Positions 62,902 to 64,000 of a stretch of DNA of 64,000 nucleotides are shown piece after piece (position 1 is the stretch's first letter; each line of letters begins with the position of its first letter). The DNA is from a virus. Lineage: Duplodnaviria > Caudoviricetes. The stretch spans positions 1 through 64,000 of the IMG/VR virus record IMGVR_UViG_3300042199_000463. One strand, given 5' to 3'. The translations under genes were made by a program, and so were the position numbers. The notes below the pieces were generated by a model. It was not told the origin of the DNA, did no database searches, and worked only from the letters and a program-made list of their open reading frames with translations.

Positions 62902-64000
62902 TTGTTCTCCTTATTGAGATATTTTTGAGCGAGCATTTTTGCTTCGTCAAATTTGTCGCTGTGAATCAATTCTTGAAACATTCTATATTGTTCCGTGGGC
63001 ATTGCATTATAAAGAAAGTCGTCAAGTTTGCGGTACGCCGAGGATGTGGCCTTGTTATTCATTGTTGGGTCTTTTTTTAGCATACCGGCAAGATTGTCGA
63101 ATTCGTCGATTTTGGGCACGTCATCAGCCTGATTTTTGATGAAATCTAGCTTTCTGGAAATGGCCTGGCTTTTCGGATCGTATTTTTCACGAATCTGATT
63201 AGCCGCTTTCATGAGCGTTTCTTCACTTTCTTCAGGATTCAGCTTTCTAAGGGCGTTATAGGCTTCTTTTAAATTTCCTTTTTGAAACATTCTGATGACG
63301 ACAAGAGGGATAGCGATTCCGGCCATGCCCACTTGCGCAAGTCCTGACGCGTCAAGCGCATCGGCTGCGTACTTGTATGGGCCTTCTTTTGGTGTCATCG
63401 TGCTTTCTGCGACGGCTTTTGCGTACTCTGGATCGGAATTCATCAAAAGATGATGTTGCACGACTAGACTTTCATATCCTGACGCGCCCGCTGCGGACAA
63501 AATTTGTCCCCATTTTTGAAACTTTTCAGGATTTTTCGTAAGCATATTTTTAACAGCATTTGCCGATCTTGCCGCGAATGCCGAACCGCGCTCACGAATC
63601 AGCTTGTGACCTGCGCCAGCGGCACCGGCCATTAGCATCTTGTCAACAGTATCTCCGCCCGATCCTAGTCCGCCCATCGTCGCCGCGATGTAGTCTGTTG
63701 GCGAAATCTGACGATTGCTTGCGTCTTTTAGAGCGCGCTCAGTCGATGCCGCTGCTAAGTTTTTATACTGGCCGTACTGCTTTTTCATGGGTATGAATTG
63801 TTCAAGAGCTGATTTTGCTTCTTCTGGAATCCATGAAGCACGTGACGCGGCGTCAACGGCGTCGTCAATCGCTTTGGTGTGAATTCCATAAAGCTTGTTC
63901 GTTACGTCTTTGTTGCTGACAAGCATATCTGGAGTTTGTGGCTCGAACTTGAACATGTTCTTGCGTTTCAAAGCTTCTTCAAACGTGAGCGAACGTCCTG
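62898..64000 (-). CDS. C-terminal part of an internal virion protein of phage 2 (5' end outside the window)
   Basis: Frame is open to the window edge; Gly/Ala-rich segment and HHLLMNSDPEY motif. Confidence 0.6.
   Translation of the reverse strand, partial: GRSLTFEEALKRKNMFKFEPQTPDMLVSNKDVTNKLYGIHTKAIDDAVDAASRASWIPEEAKSALEQFIPMKKQYGQYKNLAAASTERALKDASNRQISPTDYIAATMGGLGSGGDTVDKMLMAGAAGAGHKLIRERGSAFAARSANAVKNMLTKNPEKFQKWGQILSAAGASGYESLVVQHHLLMNSDPEYAKAVAESTMTPKEGPYKYAADALDASGLAQVGMAGIAIPLVVIRMFQKGNLKEAYNALRKLNPEESEETLMKAANQIREKYDPKSQAISRKLDFIKNQADDVPKIDEFDNLAGMLKKDPTMNNKATSSAYRKLDDFLYNAMPTEQYRMFQELIHSDKFDEAKMLAQKYLNKENK

Noticed and set aside
1-64000. Helper-satellite (PICI/P4-like) pair, or one phage with two capsids
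   Set aside because: Both parts encode their own head, tail fibre and replication genes, and each reads as a coherent genome once separated at the repeat.

Overview
The window is all tailed-phage DNA: I see no host housekeeping genes, rRNA, tRNA, CRISPR array, integrase or reverse transcriptase. It holds two different phage genomes nested in each other. Phage 1 is an apparently complete 40,719-bp unit (5002-45720) with a podovirus-like gene set: TerS-like, TerL, portal, scaffold, major capsid, tail fibres (one with an S74 chaperone), NlpC/P60, nozzle, adaptor, ejection proteins, AEP primase, SF3 helicase, SNF2 helicase, SSB, family A polymerase and VRR-NUC. It is bounded by a direct repeat (5002-6901 and 45721-47620, offset 40,719, apparently identical) that continues as a diverged homologue to about 8505/49225. 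The flanks (1-5001 and 47621-64000) form phage 2, with its own TerL, scaffold, capsid, TerS, ParB-methylase, Toprim primase-helicase, DEAH helicase, M15 peptidase and recombination genes. The layout is a figure-8 join through a shared cassette of small virion-accessory genes, either a real co-integrate or an assembly path through a shared repeat. Other notable signals are a combinatorial family of tiny early genes, GTGAC-iteron origins in both phages, and several genes broken by single-base lesions or lacking a canonical start. All product calls come from motif reading and gene order, not database searches.
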